Shown: positions 7,874-18,104, numbered from the stretch's first letter. The stretch is DNA of 37,189 bases from an uncultured Bacilli bacterium (GCA_947624475.1 CANQKK010000001.1:1-37189); one strand, 5' to 3'. Numbers and translations: made by a program. Notes: generated by a model from the sequence alone, not told the origin.

Positions 7874-9160
7874 ATGGAAAGATATACACTAATGCCTGCG
7901 GATACTTATGTGGTTATTAATAAAACTGTACTTCACAATGAGGACAGAAAGATAATTACAAACCTTTATCTTCCTGTTATTGGTATAGAAGCAGTAATGT
8001 TATATTTTTCACTTTGGTCAGATTTGGATACATCAGAAATAGTCAGTAGAGATTTTTCACATCAAAAACTTATATCATCCCTTAGGATGACGGTTTCAGA
8101 AATTGAAAGAGCGAGGGAAAAACTTGAGGCTATCGGTCTTGTTAAGACTTTAGTTAAAAAGGGGAATGTAAATAACTACATATACCAGATGTATTCTCCA
8201 GTCAGCGCTTCGGAATTTCTTTCACATCCTATTTTGAATATTGTTTTGTATAGTAATATAGGTAAAAAAGAGTATGATAATTTGGTTAAAAGTTATAAAA
8301 TGCCAAGGTTTAATACTAGTAATTATGTCGATATTACAAAGAATTTTAATGATGTATTTGAAAGTGTTTCTCTTACATCGTACGATTTATCACTCGAGGA
8401 TATAAGAAAATATAATAAACTTAAACTTAATATCAATAGTAATTTTGATTTTGATTTTCTTATTAATTCGATGCCGAAGAATATCGATACAAGTAGAGTG
8501 TTTACAAGGGAAATTAAAGAACTTATCATTAGTTTATCTTTTATATATGATATTGATGTTATAAGAATGTCAAATATTATTAAGGGGTGCTTTAATGATA
8601 GGGGAACTATTAATAAGGAAGAACTTAGAAAGAGTGCTAGAAATTATTATCAAATTGATAATGGGGGAATACTTCCTACTATTGTCGATAATAGTCAGCC
8701 AGAATATCTAAGAAAACCTATTGGGGATACTTCGAATAGAGCAAGGATGATATATACATTTGAGACAATATCACCAAAAGAACTTCTAATTAAGAAAAAT
8801 AATGGAGCAGATCCAACAAAAAGAGACCTTAAACTAGCAGAAGATTTGCTCATTGATTATAAATTAAAACCCGGAGTCGTAAACGTTTTAATTGATTACA
8901 TTCTAAATACCAACAATAATAAACTGACGAGAGGGCTTACCGAAACAATAGCGGGAGAGTGGCAGAGACTTAAAATAGAAACTGTCGAAGAGGCAATGAA
9001 TATAGCAGAGAAAGAACATAAAAAGAGAAAAAAGAGAGAAGTTAATTCTTCTCCTAAGGTAGATAAAGTTCCTCTATGGTTCGATAAAGAAATTAAGAAA
9101 GAAACTGTAGATATCGGTGAAGATAATCAGTTGGAAGAATTATTAAAGGAGTATAAATAA
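7874..9160 (+). CDS. dnaB: Replication initiation and membrane attachment protein (Bacillus-type DnaB, DnaD/DnaB_2 domain family)
   Basis: The N-terminus is MERYTLMPADTYVV, and the C-terminal DnaB_2-like segment is LIDYILNTNNNKLTRGLTETIAGEWQR. It lies immediately upstream of dnaI and overlaps it (ATAATG), as in the Bacillus dnaB-dnaI operon. Confidence 0.75.
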   Translation: MERYTLMPADTYVVINKTVLHNEDRKIITNLYLPVIGIEAVMLYFSLWSDLDTSEIVSRDFSHQKLISSLRMTVSEIERAREKLEAIGLVKTLVKKGNVNNYIYQMYSPVSASEFLSHPILNIVLYSNIGKKEYDNLVKSYKMPRFNTSNYVDITKNFNDVFESVSLTSYDLSLEDIRKYNKLKLNINSNFDFDFLINSMPKNIDTSRVFTREIKELIISLSFIYDIDVIRMSNIIKGCFNDRGTINKEELRKSARNYYQIDNGGILPTIVDNSQPEYLRKPIGDTSNRARMIYTFETISPKELLIKKNNGADPTKRDLKLAEDLLIDYKLKPGVVNVLIDYILNTNNNKLTRGLTETIAGEWQRLKIETVEEAMNIAEKEHKKRKKREVNSSPKVDKVPLWFDKEIKKETVDIGEDNQLEELLKEYK

Positions 9161-10071
9161 TGAAGAGTACAAGTGAAATAATGAATGAGAAGTTTACTTT
9201 AAATAGTTATGAACTTGAAAAAAATTTTGACGAGGCTTTGAATGATGAAATTTTTAAAAAGTTAGTTAGTAAAATTAAGGCTCCAAGAAAAGAACTTATT
9301 AAGTATACTTCACACTTTAAGGATTCTTCGGATGATCTTAAAAGATGTGCTAAATGTAAAAATATAATGGAATGTAAAAATCAAATAACAGGATTTGTCT
9401 ATTATCCAGAGATAGAGGATGGTAATATAGTATTTTCATATGTTCCATGTAAGTATAAAAAAAAGATGGATAAGGAGAATGAATATCAAAAGAATATTAC
9501 TTCTTTCGATATGCCAAGAGAGATACTTACGGCATCGATGAAAGATATATATACTGATGATAAAAGTAGGACAGAGACTATTAAGTGGCTTACTACTTTT
9601 ATAAAAAAATATGAAAATAATGAAAAATGTAGAGGACTATACTTGACAGGGAATTTTGGATGTGGTAAAACATACTTAATAGCAGCAACTTTTAATGAAC
9701 TTGCTAAGAAAGGAGTAAAGGTTGCTACGATATACTATCCAGAATTCTTAAGAGAATTAAAGAGTAGTTTCTCGGATGATTTTGGTAGTTTGTTCGATAA
9801 AATTAAGAGAGTAGAACTACTACTAATCGATGATATTGGAGCAGAGACGACAACTAATTGGAATAGAGATGAAATACTTGGTACGCTACTTCAATATCGA
9901 ATGCAAGAAATGTTACCGACGTTCTTTACTTCTAATCTATCACTCGAAGAGTTAGAAGAACATCTATCTTCAAATGATGGTGAAGGTAAAGTAAAGGCGA
10001 GAAGAATTATTGAGAGAATTAAATATTTAACTGATAATATTGTAATGATCGCAGAAAGTAGAAGAAAGTGA
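9160..10071 (+). CDS. dnaI: Primosomal helicase loader DnaI
   Basis: The N-terminal Cys cluster is CAKCKN..C...PC. The AAA+ Walker A is GNFGCGKTYL and Walker B is LLLIDDIGAE. Confidence 0.85.
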   Translation: MKSTSEIMNEKFTLNSYELEKNFDEALNDEIFKKLVSKIKAPRKELIKYTSHFKDSSDDLKRCAKCKNIMECKNQITGFVYYPEIEDGNIVFSYVPCKYKKKMDKENEYQKNITSFDMPREILTASMKDIYTDDKSRTETIKWLTTFIKKYENNEKCRGLYLTGNFGCGKTYLIAATFNELAKKGVKVATIYYPEFLRELKSSFSDDFGSLFDKIKRVELLLIDDIGAETTTNWNRDEILGTLLQYRMQEMLPTFFTSNLSLEELEEHLSSNDGEGKVKARRIIERIKYLTDNIVMIAESRRK

Positions 10072-10082
10072 GGGGAAAGGCG

Positions 10083-10331
10083 ATGGAAAGAACTTTTAAG
10101 GATGGTAATGGTAAATCAAGAGTAACTATCGAAGGGACTGATGCACCATTAGGAGGATTTCTCGAAGAAGGGACAGAAAGTTATACTTTAGTAAATAAAC
10201 CTAAATCAAAAAAAGTAAATGGACCATCTAATATCGGTCCAGGTAGTAACGGATTTGCTGGAGTTGCAACACTAGCCGCTATTATAGCAGTAGCGGGAGT
10301 CATTATTGCTTATTTGACTCTTAGATTTTAA
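10083..10331 (+). CDS. Hypothetical 82-aa C-tail-anchored protein
   Basis: The soluble N-terminus has no signal peptide. A Gly/Pro/Asn linker (GPSNIGPGSNGFAG) leads to a single C-terminal TM helix (VATLAAIIAVAGVIIAYLTL) ending in RF. The SD GAGGGGAAAGG overlaps the dnaI stop. Confidence 0.5.
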   Translation: MERTFKDGNGKSRVTIEGTDAPLGGFLEEGTESYTLVNKPKSKKVNGPSNIGPGSNGFAGVATLAAIIAVAGVIIAYLTLRF

Positions 10332-10366
10332 TTATTACTATATGACATTTTAAAGGAGGAATAGTT

Positions 10367-13279
10367 ATGTTTACGGCTTTAGAAGTTAAAACATGTTATT
10401 CTATCTTAGGAAGTTTGAATAAGATAGATAAACTTTTGGATAAAGCTGAGGAACTTAACTATTCCTCTTTGGCTATTACTGATGTCAATAATATGTTTGG
10501 GGTGTACGAATTTTATTTGGCGTGTCAAAAGAGAAAAATTAAAGCAATTATTGGTATGGAAATCGTCCAAAACAACGATAGATTTATTTTGCTTGCTAAA
10601 AATAATGATGGCTATAAGAACTTGATTAAACTTGCCACTATTATATCGGAGAGAAGTATTACGAGAGAGGAACTCAAAGAGCATGCTGATAATCTTATTT
10701 TGATTATGCCATATAATTCATATAATCAAAATATTATTTCGATATATGGTGAATATTATATCGGATGTTCAGAAAAGAAAGAGATAATCGAAAGCACACA
10801 AGACGAAGTTTTTATAAATGATGTCTCTTATCTAGATAAAGATGATTATAAATACTTAGATTATCTTTTTATGATTAAGGATGATAAAAAATTAGGCGAA
10901 TTTGAACTTGGTACTCTTAAGGGTAAGCATCTACTTAATAAAGAAGAATTTGATACTTTTATAACAAGTAGTATGAAAAATAATATGGAGAAGATTGAAA
11001 GAGAATGTAATGTTACGATGGAATATAGGTCCGGTCTTCTTCCTATTTATGATAAGGATATTAATTCTTTTGAATTTTTGTCTAATTTATGTAATAAAGG
11101 ACTTAGGAGAAGACTAGGAGGAAATGTTCCTAAGGTATATCAAGATAGGATAGACTATGAACTTAGAATAATAAAAGAGATGGGGTTTTGTGATTATTTC
11201 TTAGTCGTTTGGGACTATGTAAAATATGCAAAGTTTAATAATATTTTGGTGGGGCCAGGAAGAGGTAGTGCTGCTGGTAGTCTTGCCTCGTATGCGATTG
11301 GAATTACGGATATCGATCCCATTAAATACGATCTTTTATTTGAGAGATTTTTAAATCCCGAGAGAGTTACGATGCCCGATATCGATATCGACTTTGATAG
11401 TGAAAAGAGAAATTTGGTTGTCGACTACGTCGCTTCGAAATACGGAAGTAAAAAGGCTATTGGAATAATTACTTTTAATACACTAGGAGCAAAACAGGTA
11501 ATTAGAGATGTGGGAAGATGCTTTGATATTTCGCTTCCAATTATTGATGAAATATCTAAGGCTATCGATACGAGAGATCTTAAAAGTTCTTATAGAGAAG
11601 GTTCTAAATTTTTTAGGTTGATTAATTCTAGAGAAGAATATAAGAGATTATACAGGGTGGCTCTTCATTTAGAGGGGCTTCCAAGACATATTTCAATACA
11701 TGCTGCTGGTATCGTCATGAGCAGTGTAGATATCGATGAGATTATTCCGCTATATAAGAATCCAATGGGTATATATACAACAGCGTTTTCTAAAGATTAT
11801 TTAGAACCTTTAGGACTTTTAAAGATGGACTTTCTAGGGCTAGATAATCTTACACTCGTAAGTAATGTCATCGATGATATTAGGGCAAATGAAAAGATTA
11901 ATATTAGTTTTGATAAAATCCCCCTAGATGATAAGAAAACTCTCAAAGTATTTTACGATGTCGATACCTATGGTATCTTTCAGTTTGAGTCTCCAGGAAT
12001 GAAGAGATTTTTGAAAAAACTTAAGGTTAATTCTTTCGATGACATTGCTCTTGCTTTAGCTCTCTATAGACCAGGGCCAATGGATAATATTGACTCTTTT
12101 ATTGCAAGACGAGAGGGAAGAGAAAAAATAGATTATATTCATCCGGATTTAGAAGATATTTTAAGACCTACTTATGGAATTATTATCTATCAAGAACAGA
12201 TTATGCAAATTGTTAGGAAACTTGCGGGTTATTCTTTTGGAGAGGCTGATATTCTAAGAAGAGCAATGTCTAAGAAAAAGGAAGAAATAATTTTAAAGGA
12301 AAAACCGAAATTTATAAATGGATGCCTTAAAAATGGTTATGATGATAATATTGCCGAAAGGGTATATGAACTTATTTTAAAGTTTGCCAACTATGGTTTT
12401 AATAAGGCTCATTCGGTAGCATACTCAGTTATTGCCTATAAAATGGCTTTTATTAAAACCTACTTTTTAAAATATTTTATATCGGGTCTTTTATCTAATG
12501 TTATTGGAAATAACGAGAAGACAACGATATATCTAAATAGGGCACGAAAAGCAGGAATTAAAATTTTATCTCCTGACATTAATAAAAGTCAAAATTTATA
12601 TTATGTCACAGATAAGGGAATTGTATGCCCTCTTTCAATTATAAGTAATGTGGGAACTGCTATTTCAAATGAGATCATTGGAGAAAGAGAGAAGGGAGAT
12701 TTTAGTAGTTTTGAAGATTTTGTAGTTAGAATTCCATCAATTAATAAAAAAGTTTTGATAAATTTAATTTATGCTGGTGCTTTTGAATGTTTTGAATATA
12801 ACAAAAGAACACTTATAATGAATATCGACAATATTATTAATTATGCTGATATTGCTAGAGATGCTGGATTAATTGAAGTAGAGAAACCGGAGATGGATAT
12901 ATATGAGGAGTTTTCAAAAGAAGAACTTACAGATTTAGAGCTTAAAACAATTGGTTTTTATTTAACAGAACATCCTGTTAGTAAATATAGAGAAGATTAT
13001 TTAGTAAATTCTTCTAATATTAGTGATTACTTTGATAAAAGAATTAATATTGTGGTAATGATAAATAGAATTAGGGAGACGACCACGAAAAAAAATGATG
13101 TTATGGCTTTCATTACGGGAAGTGATGAATTTGGAGAAATTTCAATTACTATTTTTCCTAAAGTTTATGAAAGATTTAAAAATATTAAAAATGGCAATAT
13201 TATAAGTATCTATGGTAATGTCGAGAGAAGATATGACAAATATCAGGTACTTGTAAATAGTTTGAGAATATTGGAATAA
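10367..13279 (+). CDS. dnaE: DNA polymerase III alpha subunit, DnaE type
   Basis: It has PGRGSAAGSLASYAIGITDIDP, MPDIDIDF (catalytic Asp pair), FQFES, YRPGPM, NKAHS and a C-terminal OB-fold segment. Confidence 0.95.
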   Translation: MFTALEVKTCYSILGSLNKIDKLLDKAEELNYSSLAITDVNNMFGVYEFYLACQKRKIKAIIGMEIVQNNDRFILLAKNNDGYKNLIKLATIISERSITREELKEHADNLILIMPYNSYNQNIISIYGEYYIGCSEKKEIIESTQDEVFINDVSYLDKDDYKYLDYLFMIKDDKKLGEFELGTLKGKHLLNKEEFDTFITSSMKNNMEKIERECNVTMEYRSGLLPIYDKDINSFEFLSNLCNKGLRRRLGGNVPKVYQDRIDYELRIIKEMGFCDYFLVVWDYVKYAKFNNILVGPGRGSAAGSLASYAIGITDIDPIKYDLLFERFLNPERVTMPDIDIDFDSEKRNLVVDYVASKYGSKKAIGIITFNTLGAKQVIRDVGRCFDISLPIIDEISKAIDTRDLKSSYREGSKFFRLINSREEYKRLYRVALHLEGLPRHISIHAAGIVMSSVDIDEIIPLYKNPMGIYTTAFSKDYLEPLGLLKMDFLGLDNLTLVSNVIDDIRANEKINISFDKIPLDDKKTLKVFYDVDTYGIFQFESPGMKRFLKKLKVNSFDDIALALALYRPGPMDNIDSFIARREGREKIDYIHPDLEDILRPTYGIIIYQEQIMQIVRKLAGYSFGEADILRRAMSKKKEEIILKEKPKFINGCLKNGYDDNIAERVYELILKFANYGFNKAHSVAYSVIAYKMAFIKTYFLKYFISGLLSNVIGNNEKTTIYLNRARKAGIKILSPDINKSQNLYYVTDKGIVCPLSIISNVGTAISNEIIGEREKGDFSSFEDFVVRIPSINKKVLINLIYAGAFECFEYNKRTLIMNIDNIINYADIARDAGLIEVEKPEMDIYEEFSKEELTDLELKTIGFYLTEHPVSKYREDYLVNSSNISDYFDKRINIVVMINRIRETTTKKNDVMAFITGSDEFGEISITIFPKVYERFKNIKNGNIISIYGNVERRYDKYQVLVNSLRILE

Positions 13280-13293
13280 GAAAAGGTGACACT

Positions 13294-13854
13294 ATGGAAA
13301 AAAGATTTTTTGTAATTGCAGGACCTTCGGGTGTTGGAAAAAACACCATTGCAGATCTTCTAGTTAAACATAAATATGGAGTTTATTCGGTATCAATGAC
13401 GACAAGAGAAAAAAGAAAAGATGAAGTAGAGGGAAAAGATTATTTCTTTGTTTCTTTGGAAGAATTTAAAAAGAATATTGTACTAGGCAACTTTCTCGAA
13501 TATACTAACTATAATGATAATTACTATGGTACTCTTAAAAATTTTGTTTTGAATAATATTAGTAATGGCTATAATGTCATTGCTGTTCTTGAATCACAAG
13601 GGGCTCTTAATATTAAAAAAAATTTCCCTAGTACTATTACTATTTTTATTATTCCGCCAAGTTTTAAAGAATTAGAGAGAAGACTTAGAGGTAGAAACAC
13701 TGATAGTGAAGAAATTATTAGAAAAAGACTGGATAGTGCTAAAGAAGAGATAAGAAATAAAGATAAATATGATTATGTCATTGTAAATGCTAGTTTGGAT
13801 AAAACTTTAAATGAAATTGAAGACATTATCGATAAAAGCAATGAAAATATGTAA
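13294..13854 (+). CDS. gmk: Guanylate kinase
   Basis: The P-loop is GPSGVGKNT, with TTR, EYxxxYYGT-like (LEYTNYNDNYYGT) and RLRGRNTDSEE motifs. Confidence 0.9.
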   Translation: MEKRFFVIAGPSGVGKNTIADLLVKHKYGVYSVSMTTREKRKDEVEGKDYFFVSLEEFKKNIVLGNFLEYTNYNDNYYGTLKNFVLNNISNGYNVIAVLESQGALNIKKNFPSTITIFIIPPSFKELERRLRGRNTDSEEIIRKRLDSAKEEIRNKDKYDYVIVNASLDKTLNEIEDIIDKSNENM

Positions 13855-13999
13855 CGGTTTGAGCAAATTTTAGAAATGCTCTGTTAAATGTAATAACTGA
13901 TGGATAATTTTATTAGAATAATAGTTTTTAATTAGATTTTGTAAAAAATTACTAACTATTATATAAAATAATACACTATATAATTGAAGGGTTAAAAAT

Positions 14000-14106
14000 A
14001 TGGACAAGATATTTGATGAATACTATTTTAAAATATATTATTGGGCTATAAAGAAAAAAATAACAAAGAGGAGGCAGAAGACCTAACTAATAAATACTTT
14101 AATTGA
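14000..14106 (+). pseudogene. Remnant of a sigma-70/ECF-type sigma factor (region 2 N-terminal stub), frameshifted in an A7 run and truncated
   Basis: The ATG at 14000 gives MDKIFDEYYFKIYYWAIKKK. After a +1 shift in the A-run at 14054-14060 the reading continues NNKEEAEDLTNKYFN then stops. The pattern YxxIYxxAxxxxxNxExAEDLTxxxF is the sigma-70 region 2.1/2.2 signature. There is no further sigma-like coding sequence downstream. Confidence 0.4.
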
Positions 14107-14116
14107 AAATAATACT

Positions 14117-14156
14117 AAACGAATAATGAAAAAAAACATTATTCGTTTAATTTTTA
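14117..14156 (+). terminator. Strong hairpin plus T-rich tail
   Basis: AAACGAATAATG / CATTATTCGTTT forms a perfect 12-bp stem with an A8 loop, followed by AATTTTTA. Confidence 0.5.
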
Positions 14157-14263
14157 TAATATATAATTTTAATACCATATAACTTCAGTATATTTACTAA
14201 CTTTTTCTTGTAATAGTAAGAGAATTATTTATAAATAGATTGGATTTGTTTTTACTAATTTAC

Positions 14264-14292
14264 TTGAAAAATATATAAATTTATTATATACT
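14264..14292 (+). promoter_or_regulatory. Candidate sigma-A promoter for the HD-like gene
   Basis: TTGAAA (14264-14269), a 17 nt spacer, then TATACT (14287-14292). Confidence 0.5.
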
Positions 14293-14345
14293 TATATTAA
14301 TTAAATTTGCATTAGTTTTGTTTGGAAAATTTTGGGAGGAAGATT

Positions 14346-15110
14346 ATGAAGAGTAATAGAATTATGAAAATTTTTGAACAGTATGTTCGAAAATATGATA
14401 TGAATAACATTAATATTAAAGCAAAGTATTTTCATAGTTTGAAAGTTATGGAAATTGCTAGTGAACTTGCCAGTGGACTAAGTTTCTTTAGTGAAGAAGA
14501 TGTTGCTCTATGTGAATTTATTGCTCTTTTTCATGAAATTGGCTCTTTTTCGAAAACTCCTGACTATCATGTAGATGGTGATAATGAAGACTCTTACGAA
14601 AAAACAATCGATGTACTATTTAATAAAAAACTTATTAGGGAAGTTACAAAAGATAAGAAGTATGATGACATAGTTAAAATAGCTATTTATGCTTATGAAA
14701 AGAATGGATTTCCTAGAGGAATAGATGATAAAACTAGACATATATGCGCAATTATTAAAGATGCTCATAATTTGGAGTCTTTTAGAATATTTGTAAATTA
14801 TCCATACGTCGATACAAGAATAGATAGTTATCCTAATAGTTTGATATATGAAGATTTTAAGAAATTTAAAGCTATTAGTCCAAGGATGAGTGAGAGTTCT
14901 GCTGATACTGTTTTAATTGTCTTGTCAAAGATTAATTCATTTAATTATTTGTATTCCTACTATCTATTAAAAGAGAAAAATTATATTAATAGAATGTATG
15001 AATTACTTACTTTTGATAATGATGATATTAAGAAATTCTTTAAACAAATTACAAAAATTTATAATAATCGGGTCGAAGAAAAGATAAGTAGTTTAAAGGC
15101 TATTCAATAA
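14346..15110 (+). CDS. HD-superfamily-like protein with degenerate metal-binding motifs
   Basis: YFHSLKVMEIASELA, ALFHEIG and IIKDAHNLESFRIF align by eye to the H...HD...DADKLD pattern of small HD phosphohydrolases. However, HD is HE and DADKLD is DAHNLE. The ATG at 14346 follows the SD GGGAGGAAG. Confidence 0.55.
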   Translation: MKSNRIMKIFEQYVRKYDMNNINIKAKYFHSLKVMEIASELASGLSFFSEEDVALCEFIALFHEIGSFSKTPDYHVDGDNEDSYEKTIDVLFNKKLIREVTKDKKYDDIVKIAIYAYEKNGFPRGIDDKTRHICAIIKDAHNLESFRIFVNYPYVDTRIDSYPNSLIYEDFKKFKAISPRMSESSADTVLIVLSKINSFNYLYSYYLLKEKNYINRMYELLTFDNDDIKKFFKQITKIYNNRVEEKISSLKAIQ

Positions 15111-15125
15111 TTTATTTGTGCTAAT

Positions 15126-15161
15126 AAAGAGCATATTTATATTATTTTAATTGCTCTTTTT
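15126..15161 (+). terminator. Candidate terminator after the HD-like gene
   Basis: AAAGAGCA / TGCTCTTT forms an 8-bp stem with an 18-nt loop, followed by TTTTT. Confidence 0.4.
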
Positions 15162-15183
15162 ATAATTGAGAGGAAGATGAAAG

Positions 15184-17721
15184 ATGTTAGATAAAAAATA
15201 TAATCATTTAACAGTGGAAAAAGATAAATATGATATCTGGAGGGAAAAGGGATATTTTACGTCGAAAGATATGGGTAAAGAACCTTTTGTAATTGTTATC
15301 CCTCCTCCTAACGTAACGGGAAAATTACATTTGGGACATGCTTGGAACACTTCTCTTCAGGATATTATTATAAGATATAAGAAAATGTGTGGTTTTGATG
15401 CTGTTTGGATTCCAGGAATGGATCATGCTGGTATTGCAACACAAGCTAAAATCGATAAAAAATTAAAATCTGAGGGTATCGATCCTAGAAGTATGGATCG
15501 TAATGAATGGTTAAAAATTGCTTGGCAATGGAAAGAAGAATATGCAGAAAATATCCATAGACAGTGGGCAAAATTAGGTCTTGCACTAGATTATTCGAAA
15601 GAGAGATTTACTTTGGATGAAGGTCTATCAAAGGCTGTTAAGAAAGTATTTGTTGATTTATATAATAAAGGGCTTATCTACAGAGGAGAGAGAATTATAA
15701 ATTGGGATCCTGTTGCTAGAACTGCTTTATCATCTGAAGAAGTTATATATAAGGATGTCCCAGGTGCTTTCTACCATATTAAATATATGCTCGAAGATAG
15801 TGATGAGTATTTGGAAGTTGCCACTACTAGACCGGAAACACTATTTGGAGATACTGCAGTAGCGGTTAATCCAGAGGATGAAAGATATAAAAAATATATT
15901 GGAAAAAATGTTATATTACCAATCATTAATAAGAGAATTCCTGTTATCTGTGACTATCATGCCGATATGGAGTTTGGAACAGGAGTTGTTAAGATAACTC
16001 CCGCTCATGATCCTAATGATTTTGAAGTGGGAAATAGACATAATTTAGAGAGAATTATCGTCATGAATCCTGATGGTACAATGAATGAAAATGCTGGTAT
16101 TTATAAGGGATTAGATAGGTTTGAATGTCGGGACAAGTTAGTAGATAATCTTAAGGAAAAGAATTTACTCATCGATGTAGAACCAATTAATCATAATGTG
16201 GGATTTTCGGAGAGAACTGATGTAATGATAGAACCATACTTATCAAAACAATGGTTTGTTAAAATGAGACCACTTGCTGATAGAGTTTTAGAAAATCAAA
16301 AAAATAAAGATACAAAAGTCAATTTTATTCCTAGTAGATATGAAAAAATTATGAATCATTGGATGGAAATAACTTATGACTGGTGTATATCTAGACAACT
16401 TTGGTGGGGACATAGAATTCCGGCTTGGTATAAAGGAGAAGAAGTTTATGTTGGAACTGAAGAACCTAAAGGAGAAGGATGGGTACAAGACTCCGATGTT
16501 TTAGATACTTGGTTTTCTAGTGCTCTTTGGCCTTTTAGTACTTTGGGATGGCCAGATAATAGCGAACTTTTAAAAAGATACTATCCAAACAATGTATTAG
16601 TAACCGGCTACGATATTATTCCTTTTTGGGTTAATAGAATGACTTTTCAGGGTCTCGAGTTTTTAGGAAAGCGACCATTTAAAGATTGTTTAATTCATGG
16701 GTTAATAAGAGATAAGCAAGGAAGAAAGATGAGTAAAAGTCTAGGAAATGGAATCGATCCTATGGATGTAATAGAGGAATACGGGGCTGACTCTTTAAGA
16801 TTTTTCCTTACGACCAATACCGCTTCTGGTATGGACTTAAGATATGATGAAGAAAAAATTAGATCGACGTGGAATTTTATTAATAAAGTATGGAATGCTT
16901 CAAGATTTGTTCTTATGAATGTTGGTGACTTTAATGAAAATGATTACACATTAGAAAATTTAAAAGAACAGGATAAGTGGATTCTTACTAAATTAAATCT
17001 AACTATTAAAAAAGTTAAAAAAAGCATGGATAAGTACGATTTTAATATTGCTGGTTCCGCTTTATATAGTTTTATATGGGATGATTTTTGTGATAAATAT
17101 ATCGAACTTTCAAAATTTTATCAAGATAATACGACTAAGAGTGTACTTATAAAGGTTCTTTTAGATATTATTAAGATGCTTCATCCTTTTATGCCTTACG
17201 TTACCGAGGAAATTTTTGGTAAAATTCCGATACATAAAGAGGAATCAATTATGCTTTCTGAGTATCCTGCTTACAATAAAGACGAAATTTTTGAAACAAA
17301 CATCGACGATGTTTTAGAGTTTATTACGATGTTTAGAAACAAAAAGAAAGAACTTAATATTGGAAAAGATTTTTCTGTTTTCTTAAATATACCAAATAAC
17401 AATGAAAAGGAATTAATTGTAAACATGTTAAAACTTGGTGATAAAATTATTCAAGATTCTAAAAAGGTTATTACTTTCATAAAATATAAAGATTTTGAAA
17501 TTGGTATTATTTATGATAATAGTTCTAATGAGGAATTAGAAAAAGAAAAATTACTCAAAGATAGAGAAACTCTCGAAAAATCTATTGCTAGAAGAGAAGC
17601 ACTATTAAATAATGAAAATTACGTTAATAAGGCTCCTAGAGAAATTGTCGACAAAGAAATAGAGAGCCTAGCAAGAGAAAAGGAAATGTTAAAAATTTTA
17701 CTAGATAAATTTACAAATTAG
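15184..17721 (+). CDS. valS: Valine--tRNA ligase
   Basis: The HIGH motif is [13 protein letters not shown] and KMSKS is KMSKSLGN. It has a [17 protein letters not shown] editing-domain segment and a C-terminal coiled coil, at 845 aa. Confidence 0.97.
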   Translation: MLDKKYNHLTVEKDKYDIWREKGYFTSKDMGKEPFVIVIPPPNVTGKLHLGHAWNTSLQDIIIRYKKMCGFDAVWIPGMDHAGIATQAKIDKKLKSEGIDPRSMDRNEWLKIAWQWKEEYAENIHRQWAKLGLALDYSKERFTLDEGLSKAVKKVFVDLYNKGLIYRGERIINWDPVARTALSSEEVIYKDVPGAFYHIKYMLEDSDEYLEVATTRPETLFGDTAVAVNPEDERYKKYIGKNVILPIINKRIPVICDYHADMEFGTGVVKITPAHDPNDFEVGNRHNLERIIVMNPDGTMNENAGIYKGLDRFECRDKLVDNLKEKNLLIDVEPINHNVGFSERTDVMIEPYLSKQWFVKMRPLADRVLENQKNKDTKVNFIPSRYEKIMNHWMEITYDWCISRQLWWGHRIPAWYKGEEVYVGTEEPKGEGWVQDSDVLDTWFSSALWPFSTLGWPDNSELLKRYYPNNVLVTGYDIIPFWVNRMTFQGLEFLGKRPFKDCLIHGLIRDKQGRKMSKSLGNGIDPMDVIEEYGADSLRFFLTTNTASGMDLRYDEEKIRSTWNFINKVWNASRFVLMNVGDFNENDYTLENLKEQDKWILTKLNLTIKKVKKSMDKYDFNIAGSALYSFIWDDFCDKYIELSKFYQDNTTKSVLIKVLLDIIKMLHPFMPYVTEEIFGKIPIHKEESIMLSEYPAYNKDEIFETNIDDVLEFITMFRNKKKELNIGKDFSVFLNIPNNNEKELIVNMLKLGDKIIQDSKKVITFIKYKDFEIGIIYDNSSNEELEKEKLLKDRETLEKSIARREALLNNENYVNKAPREIVDKEIESLAREKEMLKILLDKFTN

Positions 17722-17765
17722 AAAAACTGTGATAAAATTATATTATTAAAAAGGAGGAGTAAAGT

Positions 17766-18104
17766 ATGGCAAAATTTTGTTCAAACTGTGGGGCAGAACT
17801 TAATGAAAATCAGGATGTTTGTCTAAAATGTGGGGTTAAAATTAAAAAACAAAATGCCTCTAATGATGACCCTAATGCTAAATCAAAGATGGCTGCTGGA
17901 TTACTTGGTATTTTTCTGGGAGCATTTGGCGTTCATAATTTCTATTTAGGTTATACTGGAAAAGCGGTAGCACAACTCTTAATTACTGTACTATCTTGTT
18001 TCTTCTTGGCACTTGTCTCTGAAATTTGGGGATTAATTGAAGGAATTATGATACTTTCAGGAAGTATTAACCAGGATGCTAATGGTAATCCTTTAAGAGA
18101 TTAA
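17766..18104 (+). CDS. Zinc-ribbon plus TM2 domain membrane protein
   Basis: The N-terminal CxxC...CxxC is CSNCG...CLKCG. The TM2 domain pattern is AAGLLGIFLGAFGVHNFYLGYTGKAVAQLL. Confidence 0.8.
   Translation: MAKFCSNCGAELNENQDVCLKCGVKIKKQNASNDDPNAKSKMAAGLLGIFLGAFGVHNFYLGYTGKAVAQLLITVLSCFFLALVSEIWGLIEGIMILSGSINQDANGNPLRD

Noticed and set aside
15111-15183. A T-box leader upstream of valS.
   Set aside because: The spacer is only 73 nt and is mostly occupied by the upstream gene's terminator hairpin. That is too short for a T-box, and no specifier or antiterminator features are visible.
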